Assembly (NCBI GenBank): GCA_963675915.1
Contig: OY780959.1
Location: 1,500,001-1,532,000 of the forward strand
Source of the DNA: Coprobacillaceae bacterium
Lineage (GTDB): Bacteria; Bacillota_I; Bacilli_A; Erysipelotrichales; Coprobacillaceae
DNA length: 32,000 bases
Direction: 5' to 3'
The notes beneath the pieces are model-generated. The model worked only from the letters and a program-made list of their open reading frames with translations. It was not told where the DNA came from and ran no database searches. The translations under genes were made by a program, and so were the position numbers. Positions 1 through 8,108 of this stretch are shown one piece after another. The number at the start of each line of letters is the position of its first letter. Position 1 is the stretch's first letter.

Positions 1-378
1 ACTCTGCAATTCATTCCAGTAATCCACTTGTTCAAATTCCATCAGTTCAACCGGAGCTCCGGTGACTATCAAGCCATCATAACAATTCCCTTTGATATCA
101 TCAAAAGTTTTGTAGAAATCAAGGAGATGCTCCTTAGGGGTGTTTTTGGACTCATGGGTAGCCGGGGCAATCAGATCAATCTCGATTTGAAGCGGAGAAT
201 TGGATAAAAGCCGCAACAGCTGGGTTTCTGTGATTATTTTTTGGGGCATGATATTGAGAATCAGAATCTTCAAAGGACGGATATCCTGCAACAATGCCTG
301 GGCATCATTCATGACAAAGACATTCTCTTTTTTCAGTTGTGAACTTGCCGGTAAATTGTTTGGTACGATAATTGGCAT
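1..378 (-). CDS. metA: Homoserine O-acyltransferase (MetA family), N-terminal 126 codons; the C-terminus lies beyond the window edge
   Basis: Absent from the ORF track because it runs off the edge. The minus-strand ATG at 378 is preceded by AGGAGG (385-390) with a 6-nt spacer. The translation [69 protein letters not shown]... matches the conserved MetA N-terminus (compare B. subtilis MPINIPTHLPA...[34 protein letters not shown]). Confidence 0.85.
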   Translation of the reverse strand, partial: MPIIVPNNLPASSQLKKENVFVMNDAQALLQDIRPLKILILNIMPQKIITETQLLRLLSNSPLQIEIDLIAPATHESKNTPKEHLLDFYKTFDDIKGNCYDGLIVTGAPVELMEFEQVDYWNELQS

Positions 379-391
379 AATAGGCCTCCTT

Positions 392-1624
392 CTAATTATA
401 TGATAGCACTTCTTCGTATACTTTTTTCAGGAATGTATCGGACATTCCAGCCAGATAATCAATCAGGCAGCGGTAAATCGCTTGGGAATCCGCGTTGAAA
501 TCATAGATTATCTTGTTTTTGTAATAAGGTTTGGTGCGGAAGTTACTGTACTTCAAGACAAAACTGGAAAAACTGTTGATCAGGGTCGGATAGTTCCGGT
601 TATATTTCTCCAGAATTTCCGGAAAATCGGTTTTGGCTGCAATCGCTTCTTTATAAAACCGTTCCAGCAAGAGGAAAATCGAGTCAAGGATGTTTTCAAC
701 ATGGCGGTTGTAGACATCGAGCCGGGGATCAAGATAAATCTTGGTATAGTTGAATTTCATGAACATTTTCATTAGCTCATAACCCTGTTTTGACAGGCTG
801 ATTCCTTCTGCCACCGTCGAATTTTTCACCACATCGACAATGAAGTAATTGACAACGGTTCCGTTGTTGATTGCTTCAAAAGTGCTCACTCCGGTGAACT
901 CGTTGATTTCACGTCTGAATTCATCGAGAGTATCCTTGCTCAAAATGCCCAGGCGGATGGCATCTTCAATATCCCGAGCCAGATAGCTGATCTTGTCAGC
1001 CATTTTTACCACACATCCTTCATAAGTATAAGGCTGATACTGGCCCGGGTATGCATAATCATCAAGATCGATGATTTCATCCCGAGGTTTGATATGTTTT
1101 TGATTCATCTCGCCGCAATGACAGATGATCCCATCCCGGATGGCATAGGTAAGGTTGAGATTCCAGCGGTTGTAATCATTGTCTTCGAGAGTTTCAATCA
1201 TGTCGATATATCTCAATGAATTCTTCTCGTGGAAAAATTTGTCTAACCCGTGGTTTGCGGCCATTTCATTGAGGATTTTCTCGCCCCGGTGACCATATGG
1301 AGCATGCCCGAGATCGTGACCGATGGCGATTGCCCGGGCCAATTCACTGTTAAGACCCAGTTTCGAGGCAATGGTATAAGAAATCGACTCCACCAGACTG
1401 ACATGTTCGCTTCTGGTACAGACATGGTCATTGTCAACGGCGAAAAATACCTGGGTTTTATGCTTGAGCCGGCGGAAACCCTGGGAGAACAGAATTCTCG
1501 TATAATCCCGATAGAATTCACTGCGCAAGTCATTGTCCCGACGATAAAGTTCTTCCTGACGGCTTGCCGCCTGTTCATATTTCCCGTTACCGGGAAATAT
1601 TGCCACTGTGTCAAAATCTTTCAC
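392..1624 (-). CDS. dgt: HD-domain dGTP triphosphohydrolase-like protein (dNTPase family)
   Basis: 410-aa ORF with the HD metal motif ...[13 protein letters not shown]... and the N-terminal [34 protein letters not shown] typical of the dGTPase family. Start is GTG at 1624 with AGGGGG 6 nt upstream. The stop lies 13 nt before the metA start, so the two are probably co-transcribed. Confidence 0.85.
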   Translation of the reverse strand: MKDFDTVAIFPGNGKYEQAASRQEELYRRDNDLRSEFYRDYTRILFSQGFRRLKHKTQVFFAVDNDHVCTRSEHVSLVESISYTIASKLGLNSELARAIAIGHDLGHAPYGHRGEKILNEMAANHGLDKFFHEKNSLRYIDMIETLEDNDYNRWNLNLTYAIRDGIICHCGEMNQKHIKPRDEIIDLDDYAYPGQYQPYTYEGCVVKMADKISYLARDIEDAIRLGILSKDTLDEFRREINEFTGVSTFEAINNGTVVNYFIVDVVKNSTVAEGISLSKQGYELMKMFMKFNYTKIYLDPRLDVYNRHVENILDSIFLLLERFYKEAIAAKTDFPEILEKYNRNYPTLINSFSSFVLKYSNFRTKPYYKNKIIYDFNADSQAIYRCLIDYLAGMSDTFLKKVYEEVLSYN

Positions 1625-1668
1625 AAAATACCCCCTGAAAAGCCAGCTGCTTTTTAAAATTATACAAC

Positions 1669-1695
1669 AAAAAAGTTATCCGATAAAGGGATAAC
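1669..1695 (-). terminator. Rho-independent terminator after nagB
   Basis: Arms GTTATCC (1675-1681) and GGATAAC (1689-1695) flank a 7-nt loop. On the minus strand the stem is followed by a 6-U run (A-run 1669-1674). Confidence 0.6.
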
Positions 1696-1707
1696 TCTTA
1701 AATGCAC

Positions 1708-2439
1708 TTATTTATTAAGTTGGCTTGCCGCCAGGTCATCGACAATCACAGTGACATCTCCATGACCCTGAAGATAACTTGCCGGACAGGCACTGGTCTC
1801 TTCACCTTCTACGAGGATCTTGATGGCATCCGCTTTAGCTTCACCACAGGCAATCAAAACAATCTTCTTGGCCGAAAGAATATTGCTTATTCCCATTGAG
1901 ATCGCCTGTTTTGGCACCTTGGTAACATCGCCGTCAAAAAACAGTCTCGCATTATCTTCGATAGTTGATTGTTTAAGGTCAACCAGCTGACACTCGCTGT
2001 CCTTAGAGGTTCCCGGTTCATTGAATCCGATATGACCGTTGGATCCGATTCCGAGCAGCTGAAGGTCAATTGGATTTTCCTTTAGCATTTTATTGTAACT
2101 TGCCACATTAGCCTCGATATCGCCCAAACCTTCGGGAATGTGGGTGTTGCTTTGATCAATATCAATGTGGTTGAATAGATTCTTCTTCATGTAATGACAA
2201 TATGATTGTTCATTGGCGCAGTCCAGTCCGACATATTCATCGAGATTGAATGACTTCACCTCTTTGTAGCTGGTTTTGTTGTCTTGATGATCTCCAATCA
2301 TCAGTTTATAAAGTCCCAACGGAGTCGATCCGGTCGCCAAACCAAGAGTTGAATCCGGCTTTTCAGTTACCTGTTTTTTAATTATCTCCAGCGCTGCTGC
2401 ACTGGCTTCTTGATAGTTTTTCACTTTTACAATTTTCAT
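1708..2439 (-). CDS. nagB: Glucosamine-6-phosphate deaminase
   Basis: Motifs GLATGSTPLGLYK and LLGIGSNGHIGFNEPG. I place the start at ATG 2439 (MKIVKVKNYQEAS...) because GAGGAGG sits 7 nt upstream. The 13-codon extension in the ORF track (to 2478) has no RBS. Confidence 0.9.
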   Translation of the reverse strand: MKIVKVKNYQEASAAALEIIKKQVTEKPDSTLGLATGSTPLGLYKLMIGDHQDNKTSYKEVKSFNLDEYVGLDCANEQSYCHYMKKNLFNHIDIDQSNTHIPEGLGDIEANVASYNKMLKENPIDLQLLGIGSNGHIGFNEPGTSKDSECQLVDLKQSTIEDNARLFFDGDVTKVPKQAISMGISNILSAKKIVLIACGEAKADAIKILVEGEETSACPASYLQGHGDVTVIVDDLAASQLNK

Positions 2440-2460
2440 ATCCCATTCCTCCTCAGTAAT

Positions 2461-2489
2461 ATCATATAACAAAACCAAAATATTTTCAA
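2461..2489 (-). promoter_or_regulatory. Candidate sigma-A promoter of nagB (TTGAAA-17-TATGAT)
   Basis: On the minus strand, TTGAAA (2489-2484), a 17-nt spacer and TATGAT (2466-2461) sit just upstream of the nagB RBS. Confidence 0.5.
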
Positions 2490-2613
2490 TATATAAAATC
2501 TTATTTTCACTATATGAAAATCATAGGGTTTTCATTGCGAATTATTGCGAAAAATGATAGATTTTTGAGTGGAAATAAGTTAGAATGAAATCATATTATA
2601 TGGAGGTAAGAAA

Positions 2614-4323
2614 ATGATTAATGGAATTGGAGCTTCAAACGGTATTGCAATTGCAAAGGCTTACAAATTAGTTCAACCAGATTTGACTGTCGAACAAACT
2701 GGTGTATCTGATGCAGCCGCTGAACTTGCTAAACTTCAAGAAGCAATGGATGTTACAGCTAAACAATTAGCAGCAATTAAAGAAGCTGCTTCTAAAAACT
2801 TGTCTGCAGAGGAAGCTGCGGTATTCGATGCTCATGCATTGGTATTGGCTGACCCTGAGTTAAAAACACAAATCGAAGACAAAATCAAAAACGAAAAAGT
2901 TAATGTTGCTTATGCAACTGACGAAGTAGCAAAAATGTTTGTTATGATGTTTGAATCGATGGATGATGCTTATTTCAAAGAAAGAGCAGCAGACATCAAA
3001 GACGTGTCTCGTCGTTTATTGGCAAACATCCTTGGTAAGGAATTACCAAACCCAGCATTAATTGATGAAGAAGTAGTAGTTATCGCTGATGACCTGACTC
3101 CTTCGGATACAGCTCAATTAAACAAAAACCTGGTACGTGGATTCGCTACAAACATCGGAGGACGTACTTCTCACTCGGCTATCATGGCTCGTTCATTGGA
3201 AATCCCTGCGGTTGTTGCATGTAAAACAATCACTGAAGATGTTGAAAATGGAGAAATGATCGTTCTTGATGGTAAAGAAGGTATTGTTATCGTAAATCCT
3301 GAAGAAGCGGTAATCACTGAATACGCTGCAAAACGTGATGCATTCATCGCTGAACGTGAAGAACTTAAAAAATTAGTAAATGAAAAAACTGTTTCAACTG
3401 ATGGACATCATGTTGAATTGGTTGCCAATATCGGATCTACCAGCGATTTGGAAAGCGTTTTAGCCAACGGTGGTGAAGGTGTCGGTCTATTCAGAACTGA
3501 ATTCTTATATATGGAATCTTCTAATTTACCAACTGAAGACCAACAATTCGAAGTATACAAAGAAGTATTGGAAACTATGGCAGGTAAACCTGTAGTAGTT
3601 CGTACTTTGGATATCGGTGGGGATAAAGAAATCGATGCAATCGATATGCCTCATGAAATGAACCCATTCTTAGGTGTACGTGCGATCCGTTTATGTTTCG
3701 AACGCCCTGACATCTTCAGAACTCAACTTAGAGCATTGCTTAGAGCATCTACTTACGGTGATTTAAGAATCATGTTCCCAATGATCGCTACATTGGAAGA
3801 GTTCAGAAAAGCTAAAGGAATGTTGAAAGAAGAAGAAGCTAAACTTAAAGAAGCTGGATTCGAAGTTTCTGATAACTACCAAGTAGGTATCATGATCGAA
3901 ATCCCTGCTGCTGCAGTTAACGCTGATCAATTCGCTAAAGAAGTTGATTTCTTCTCAGTAGGAACTAATGACTTGGTTCAATACACATTCGCTGCTGACC
4001 GTATGTCAAATACAATCAACTACTTATACCAACCGTTCAACCCTGCAATCCTTAAATTGGTTAAAGGTGTTATCGAAGCTGCTCATGCAAACGGTAAATG
4101 GGCTGGTATGTGTGGAGAGATGGCCGGTGAACCATTGGCAGGTCCATTGTTATTAGGACTTGGTCTTGATGAATTCTCAATGTCAGCTACATCTATCCTG
4201 GCACAAAGAAAATTGATCCGTTCATTATCAAAAGCAGAAATGGAAGCATTAGCTGCTGAAGCTTTAACAAAAGGAACTATGGAAGAAGTAATCGAATTAG
4301 TTTCAAGCAAAGTTGAAGTTTAA
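2614..4323 (+). CDS. ptsI: Phosphoenolpyruvate-protein phosphotransferase (PTS enzyme I)
   Basis: 569 aa with the active-site His region [19 protein letters not shown] and a C-terminal PEP-utilising domain ([20 protein letters not shown]). The RBS GGAGG lies upstream of ATG 2614. Confidence 0.95.
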   Translation: MINGIGASNGIAIAKAYKLVQPDLTVEQTGVSDAAAELAKLQEAMDVTAKQLAAIKEAASKNLSAEEAAVFDAHALVLADPELKTQIEDKIKNEKVNVAYATDEVAKMFVMMFESMDDAYFKERAADIKDVSRRLLANILGKELPNPALIDEEVVVIADDLTPSDTAQLNKNLVRGFATNIGGRTSHSAIMARSLEIPAVVACKTITEDVENGEMIVLDGKEGIVIVNPEEAVITEYAAKRDAFIAEREELKKLVNEKTVSTDGHHVELVANIGSTSDLESVLANGGEGVGLFRTEFLYMESSNLPTEDQQFEVYKEVLETMAGKPVVVRTLDIGGDKEIDAIDMPHEMNPFLGVRAIRLCFERPDIFRTQLRALLRASTYGDLRIMFPMIATLEEFRKAKGMLKEEEAKLKEAGFEVSDNYQVGIMIEIPAAAVNADQFAKEVDFFSVGTNDLVQYTFAADRMSNTINYLYQPFNPAILKLVKGVIEAAHANGKWAGMCGEMAGEPLAGPLLLGLGLDEFSMSATSILAQRKLIRSLSKAEMEALAAEALTKGTMEEVIELVSSKVEV

Positions 4324-4335
4324 TATTCGAATATC

Positions 4336-4369
4336 AAAAAAGATCACTTGCAATAAGTGATCTTTTTTT
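4336..4369. terminator. Bidirectional rho-independent terminator between convergent ptsI and the phosphatase gene
   Basis: Arms AGATCACTT (4341-4349) and AAGTGATCT (4355-4363) form the stem, flanked by an A-run (4336-4340) and a T-run (4364-4369). Confidence 0.75.
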
Positions 4370-4964
4370 ACAGTTCATAGCTGTTGAACCGGTCCAGTTT
4401 CAATGTTCCATCATAGGTGAATGTTGAAATCGAGCAGTTCCCGATCATCTGACCAGAACCGATGAATTCCTCAAGCATCTTTTGATCAGCCAACAAGCCC
4501 AGTGCGGTAACAATCAAACCATGGGAAACCACCAGCACATTGCCATCGGGACAATCCCCGGCAACCTGGTCGACGAATTTCAAAAGGCGACTGTGAACCT
4601 GGTGCAAAGTTTCTCCGCCAACATCCGCGAATCCATCCTCAAAGACCTTAAGCCAGTCTCCGTTATGTTCGGGACGAAGCAAAACCGAGTTCTTTTCCCC
4701 TTCAAATTCCCCGAAGTTCATCTCTTTGATTGACTTGGTGATATTGATATCATATTTCCCAGCCGTGATGATAGTTGCCGTATCATAGGCCCTTTCACTG
4801 ATTGAAGAATAAACAAGATCGAAATCGACTTTGGCAATTTCATCGACAATCGCCTCTGCCTGGGCAATCCCTTTTGCTGTCAGGGGTGAATCGCAGGCTC
4901 CCTGAACCAAATCTTTCCTGTTGAATAAAGTTTCCCCGTGTCTGACTACATAAAATTTTGTCAT
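4368..4964 (-). CDS. Histidine phosphatase family protein (phosphoglycerate mutase-like)
   Basis: N-terminal catalytic motif VVRHGETLFN and downstream VVSHG. Start placed at ATG 4964 (MTKFYVVRHGE), with AAGGAGG at 4975-4969. Confidence 0.85.
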   Translation of the reverse strand: MTKFYVVRHGETLFNRKDLVQGACDSPLTAKGIAQAEAIVDEIAKVDFDLVYSSISERAYDTATIITAGKYDINITKSIKEMNFGEFEGEKNSVLLRPEHNGDWLKVFEDGFADVGGETLHQVHSRLLKFVDQVAGDCPDGNVLVVSHGLIVTALGLLADQKMLEEFIGSGQMIGNCSISTFTYDGTLKLDRFNSYEL

Positions 4965-5203
4965 AGTACCTCCTTGTATCAACTAAATTGATACAATCAT
5001 TATACATAAGTTAAATAATTAAAGCAATCAGCTTTCCATTTCGGAAAATAGTTAAAATCTTAAGAATTTCTTTAGAATTTAGCCTAATATTTACATCAAA
5101 CTTCATATTTAGTTCATCTAACGGGAATATAATACGATTATAAGGTAAATACCTTATCTCTCTCCCTAATAATAATTATAAACTTAAAAAAACTCTTTTC
5201 CTT

Positions 5204-5236
5204 AAAGAACCTGCTCTAACGGGTTCTTTTTTCTTT
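5204..5236 (+). terminator. Orphan plus-strand rho-independent terminator with no annotated plus-strand gene upstream
   Basis: Arms AAAGAACC (5204-5211) and GGTTCTTT (5222-5229) flank a 10-nt loop, followed by TTTCTTT on the plus strand only. On the minus strand the stem is followed by AAGGAAAAG, which is not a U-tract. Confidence 0.45.
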
Positions 5237-5240
5237 GCGT

Positions 5241-5264
5241 AAAAAAAGGAACCTAAGTTCCTTT
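5241..5264 (-). terminator. Rho-independent terminator ending the msmK/membrane-protein transcript
   Basis: Arms AAAGGAAC (5245-5252) and GTTCCTTT (5257-5264) flank a 4-nt loop. A U-run follows on the minus strand (A-run 5241-5247). Confidence 0.6.
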
Positions 5265-5285
5265 TCTATTCATTTGCCGCTACTG

Positions 5286-5786
5286 CTAGTGAAAGTAGCA
5301 GCGAGTCTTGATCACCTGGCAGATCCGATTCAATATTTCCTGATCAGGATCAAAAATTATCTGTAAAACTTTCTGATCCCGGTTCACAATTATTGCATAA
5401 CTGTCAGCTGTACCAAGACCTGATGAAAAATCGTAGGAGTGATCAGGGTGACTGTTCGTCAGGACCGAAGATCCAAGCGGCGCCATCATTTCAATCTTAT
5501 CAAGATTCAGATAAATCCGGTTGCGTCTTTTTTCCTTATTATAAATTGCCGCAATTTCCAGACTCCGGTTCAAGAGCATGTATTCATACTCGACATGAAT
5601 CCTGGGATAGATGAAAAATCTGATGATCACCAATAGCCACGCCACTGCGATAAAGGCCAGTACCCCTAGATAGAGGATTCCCACCCCAAACAGCAATATT
5701 GTAATCACAACTGCCAGCACCACACCTGCCAACATTGCCTTGCTTGTTTTTCGCGTTACTATCTGCTCATAATATTCGTCTTTCAT
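5286..5786 (-). CDS. Hypothetical membrane protein with two N-terminal TM helices and a soluble C-terminal domain
   Basis: The ORF has hydrophobic stretches MLAGVVLAVVITILLFGVGILYLGVLAFIAVAWLLVIIRFF. ATG 5786 (MKDEYY...) has GGGTGA 6 nt upstream; the TTG at 5792 in the ORF track is less likely. I recognise no catalytic motif. Confidence 0.65.
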   Translation of the reverse strand: MKDEYYEQIVTRKTSKAMLAGVVLAVVITILLFGVGILYLGVLAFIAVAWLLVIIRFFIYPRIHVEYEYMLLNRSLEIAAIYNKEKRRNRIYLNLDKIEMMAPLGSSVLTNSHPDHSYDFSSGLGTADSYAIIVNRDQKVLQIIFDPDQEILNRICQVIKTRCYFH

Positions 5787-5814
5787 AATCAATCACCCTT
5801 TGTTTAAAATGTCA

Positions 5815-6927
5815 TTAATTTACAATTGCCAGACCGGTATCTTTATCAAATACATGGATTTTTTCCAGATCCAAAGCGAAGATCGCTTCATCACCTGATT
5901 TTAAAGTTGTCCGTGGATTGACACGAGCAGTCATATCGCTGCCTGCAAAACCAAAGTAAAGGAATACTTCAGCCCCTAACAATTCATAAGCCTTGATGTT
6001 GGCTGCGATAACGCTGTCACGAGAACTAGAGATGAACGCTTGAGAATCATGAACATCTTCGGGACGGATTCCCATAACCACGGTTTTCCCGTCATATTTA
6101 CCATCCAAAAATGGCGCTTTTTTCGAAGTCGGAAGTTTGATATCGTAATCACCGATTTTCAAAGTAACTTCATCACCTTTGGTTGAAACAACCGCATCCA
6201 GGAAATTCATTTGAGGTGATCCGATGAACCCAGCTACAAACATGTTGCTTGGTTTGTTGTATAAATTTTGAGGAGTGTCAACCTGTTGAACCACACCATC
6301 TTTCATGACCACGATTCTAGTACCCAGAGTCATCGCTTCAGTTTGGTCATGGGTTACATAAATGATTGTCGATTTCAGTTTTTCATGCAATTTGGAAATT
6401 TCCAGACGCATCTGAACTCTTAATTTCGCATCAAGATTCGATAACGGTTCATCCATCAAGAATACTTTTGGATTACGGACAATCGCACGACCCATCGCCA
6501 CACGCTGTCTTTGCCCCCCTGATAACGCTTTTGGTTTACGGTCAAGCAGTTTTTCAAGATCCAAAACTTTTGCAGCTTCGCGTACTTTAGCGTCGATTTC
6601 TTTTTTGGGAACCTTTTTCATTTTAAGCCCGAAAGCCATGTTTTCATACACTGATTTGTGAGGATACAATGCATAGTTCTGGAATACCATCGCGATATCG
6701 CGATCTTTTGGTTCCACATCGTTCATTGTTTTTCCATCAATTTGGAATGTCCCTGATGAAATATCCTCAAGACCTGCAATCATCCGCAATGTTGTCGATT
6801 TCCCACAACCAGATGGTCCTACAAATATAATAAACTCCTCATCTTCTATTTCCAGGTTGAAGTCTTTTACTGCCTGGAATCCGTTAGGATATACTTTTTC
6901 AATACCTTTCAATGATAAACTTGCCAC
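5815..6927 (-). CDS. Sugar ABC transporter ATP-binding protein (MsmK/MalK/UgpC type)
   Basis: Walker A GPSGCGKST, signature LSGGQRQRV, Walker B FLMDEPLSNLD and a C-terminal MalK-like regulatory domain. Start is GTG at 6927 with AGGAGG 8 nt upstream. Confidence 0.9.
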   Translation of the reverse strand: MASLSLKGIEKVYPNGFQAVKDFNLEIEDEEFIIFVGPSGCGKSTTLRMIAGLEDISSGTFQIDGKTMNDVEPKDRDIAMVFQNYALYPHKSVYENMAFGLKMKKVPKKEIDAKVREAAKVLDLEKLLDRKPKALSGGQRQRVAMGRAIVRNPKVFLMDEPLSNLDAKLRVQMRLEISKLHEKLKSTIIYVTHDQTEAMTLGTRIVVMKDGVVQQVDTPQNLYNKPSNMFVAGFIGSPQMNFLDAVVSTKGDEVTLKIGDYDIKLPTSKKAPFLDGKYDGKTVVMGIRPEDVHDSQAFISSSRDSVIAANIKAYELLGAEVFLYFGFAGSDMTARVNPRTTLKSGDEAIFALDLEKIHVFDKDTGLAIVN

Positions 6928-6953
6928 TTTATTGTCCTCCTATATTTCTTCTA

Positions 6954-7196
6954 TTAGTCCTTATGTTTATATTTATCAAGCACGCTGTAATTTTCCTCGA
7001 TATACGAGGTGATTCTAAGCGTCAATGGTTTTGTCAAATCCAGACAGAACACACCCATGATTGATTTGGCATCAACCACATATTTTCCTGAAATCAAATC
7101 GAAATCTCCGTGGAAATTTCTAATATCGTTTACGAATCCTTTTACTTTATCAATCGTATCCAGATCAATTGTCATTAATGTTTCATATTTACCCAT
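6954..7196 (-). CDS. HPr-family (Crh-like) protein lacking the PTS active-site histidine
   Basis: 80 aa. The segment DFDLISGKYVVDAKSIMGVFCLDLTKPLTLRI aligns with HPr [33 protein letters not shown], so the Ser46-type KSIMG motif is kept. The position of His15 (GIHARPA) reads DLDTIDKV. An RBS, GGTGGTGA, lies upstream. Confidence 0.7.
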   Translation of the reverse strand: MGKYETLMTIDLDTIDKVKGFVNDIRNFHGDFDLISGKYVVDAKSIMGVFCLDLTKPLTLRITSYIEENYSVLDKYKHKD

Positions 7197-7444
7197 AGTA
7201 CTTTCACCACCTTTTGAGTCATTTTGCTTTATATGAAGATTTATAAGATTTAATTATTGCATCCAGCATTACCATTTGCCCCTGATGGGTGGATCCAATC
7301 ACTTGAATGTGACAAAGACTGTCGACATCTTTGCCTGAGTGCTGTTCCAACCCATCACCGGTAGTGTCAAAATAGTAATCTTAACAGTTGTAAAACCATA
7401 TATCTCGTGCCGGATGAACCTAAATCAAATTGGATTTTCGATCT

Positions 7445-8086
7445 CTACTCTACTGTCACATGTTTTGAATAAAATGTTTTGGAGATAAGATTCATGGAAA
7501 TCATGGTAATCAGCGAGAACCCGAAGAAGAAGAAGCCAAACACGTAAGTTGGCTGGTTCACCTGATCCAGGATCAGTAACGCCAAGGGAATGATGTTGCA
7601 GCAAACAATGGCCAAAGATATCCAAGGTTTGATCATGATGAAGTAAATGGCATTCTTCACCAGATTAAGCACATTGTTTTGAAAAGCTGCAATCGTGGGA
7701 AAGAGGTAGAACAGCAGCACTATGATCATGCACATCATAGTGGCAATCGGCAATTGCAGGTAGAGTGACAATCCTCCAATCTGGCTACTCCAGAACATGT
7801 CCAGATAACCAAATACCAGAAGCGCCACAGCAATAAGCCACGCAATCGTCGCTTGCTTGAAGTTGCTTTTGAATCCTTCCCAGAATTCCTCCAAAGGTCT
7901 TACTTCCCGTTGAGATCTCAATGTTTTCAACATCACATGACAAAGAGCGGTATAAGATGCTCCGATAGTCACAATCGGAAGTGAAAAAGCGATAAACAAA
8001 ATGTTGGTGATCACAATCAGATAGATCTTTCCCATCGCTTTTCCAAACTTACTATCCGTATCAAACAGAAATCCAAATCCTTTCAT
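7445..8086 (-). CDS. YesL-family (DUF624) integral membrane protein
   Basis: 213 aa and polytopic. The N-terminus MKGFGFLFDTDSKFGKAMGKIYLIVITNILFIAFSLPIVTIGASYTAL is typical of DUF624 proteins found in sugar-utilisation loci. Confidence 0.75.
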   Translation of the reverse strand: MKGFGFLFDTDSKFGKAMGKIYLIVITNILFIAFSLPIVTIGASYTALCHVMLKTLRSQREVRPLEEFWEGFKSNFKQATIAWLIAVALLVFGYLDMFWSSQIGGLSLYLQLPIATMMCMIIVLLFYLFPTIAAFQNNVLNLVKNAIYFIMIKPWISLAIVCCNIIPLALLILDQVNQPTYVFGFFFFGFSLITMISMNLISKTFYSKHVTVE

Positions 8087-8108
8087 TTCAGTTCATCCTT
8101 TCGTTATT

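Noticed and set aside
200-403. A plus-strand 67-aa ORF, and many similar antisense ORFs inside annotated genes (for example 482-775, 1250-1657, 8124-8468, 9240-9539, 15320-15685, 25536-25889, 29446-29760, 30337-30738).
   Set aside because: Each lies wholly antisense to, or out of frame within, a long ORF with clear family motifs. None has an RBS, and the compositions are typical of shadow frames.
392-1624. The dGTPase-family protein as a possible anti-phage dNTP-depletion defence gene.
   Set aside because: The defensive dGTPases that have been described sit in defence islands. This copy is flanked by and apparently co-transcribed with metA, next to nagB and ptsI, with no mobile or defence neighbours. 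Housekeeping Dgt is the simpler reading. Sequence alone cannot exclude a dual role.
2504-2520. The palindrome TTTTCA-N5-TGAAAA upstream of the nagB promoter, as a possible NagR-type operator.
   Set aside because: It does not resemble the GntR/HutC-type NagR boxes I know. It also sits in very AT-rich sequence, where such 6-bp arms arise by chance.
4976-4994. A 7-bp inverted repeat, GTATCAA-N5-TTGATAC, abutting the SD of the histidine phosphatase gene.
   Set aside because: It lies at or overlaps the predicted 5' end of the transcript (-10 at 5004-4999). It is short and AT-rich, and is plausibly just a 5' stabilising hairpin or chance. The evidence does not support calling it a regulatory element.
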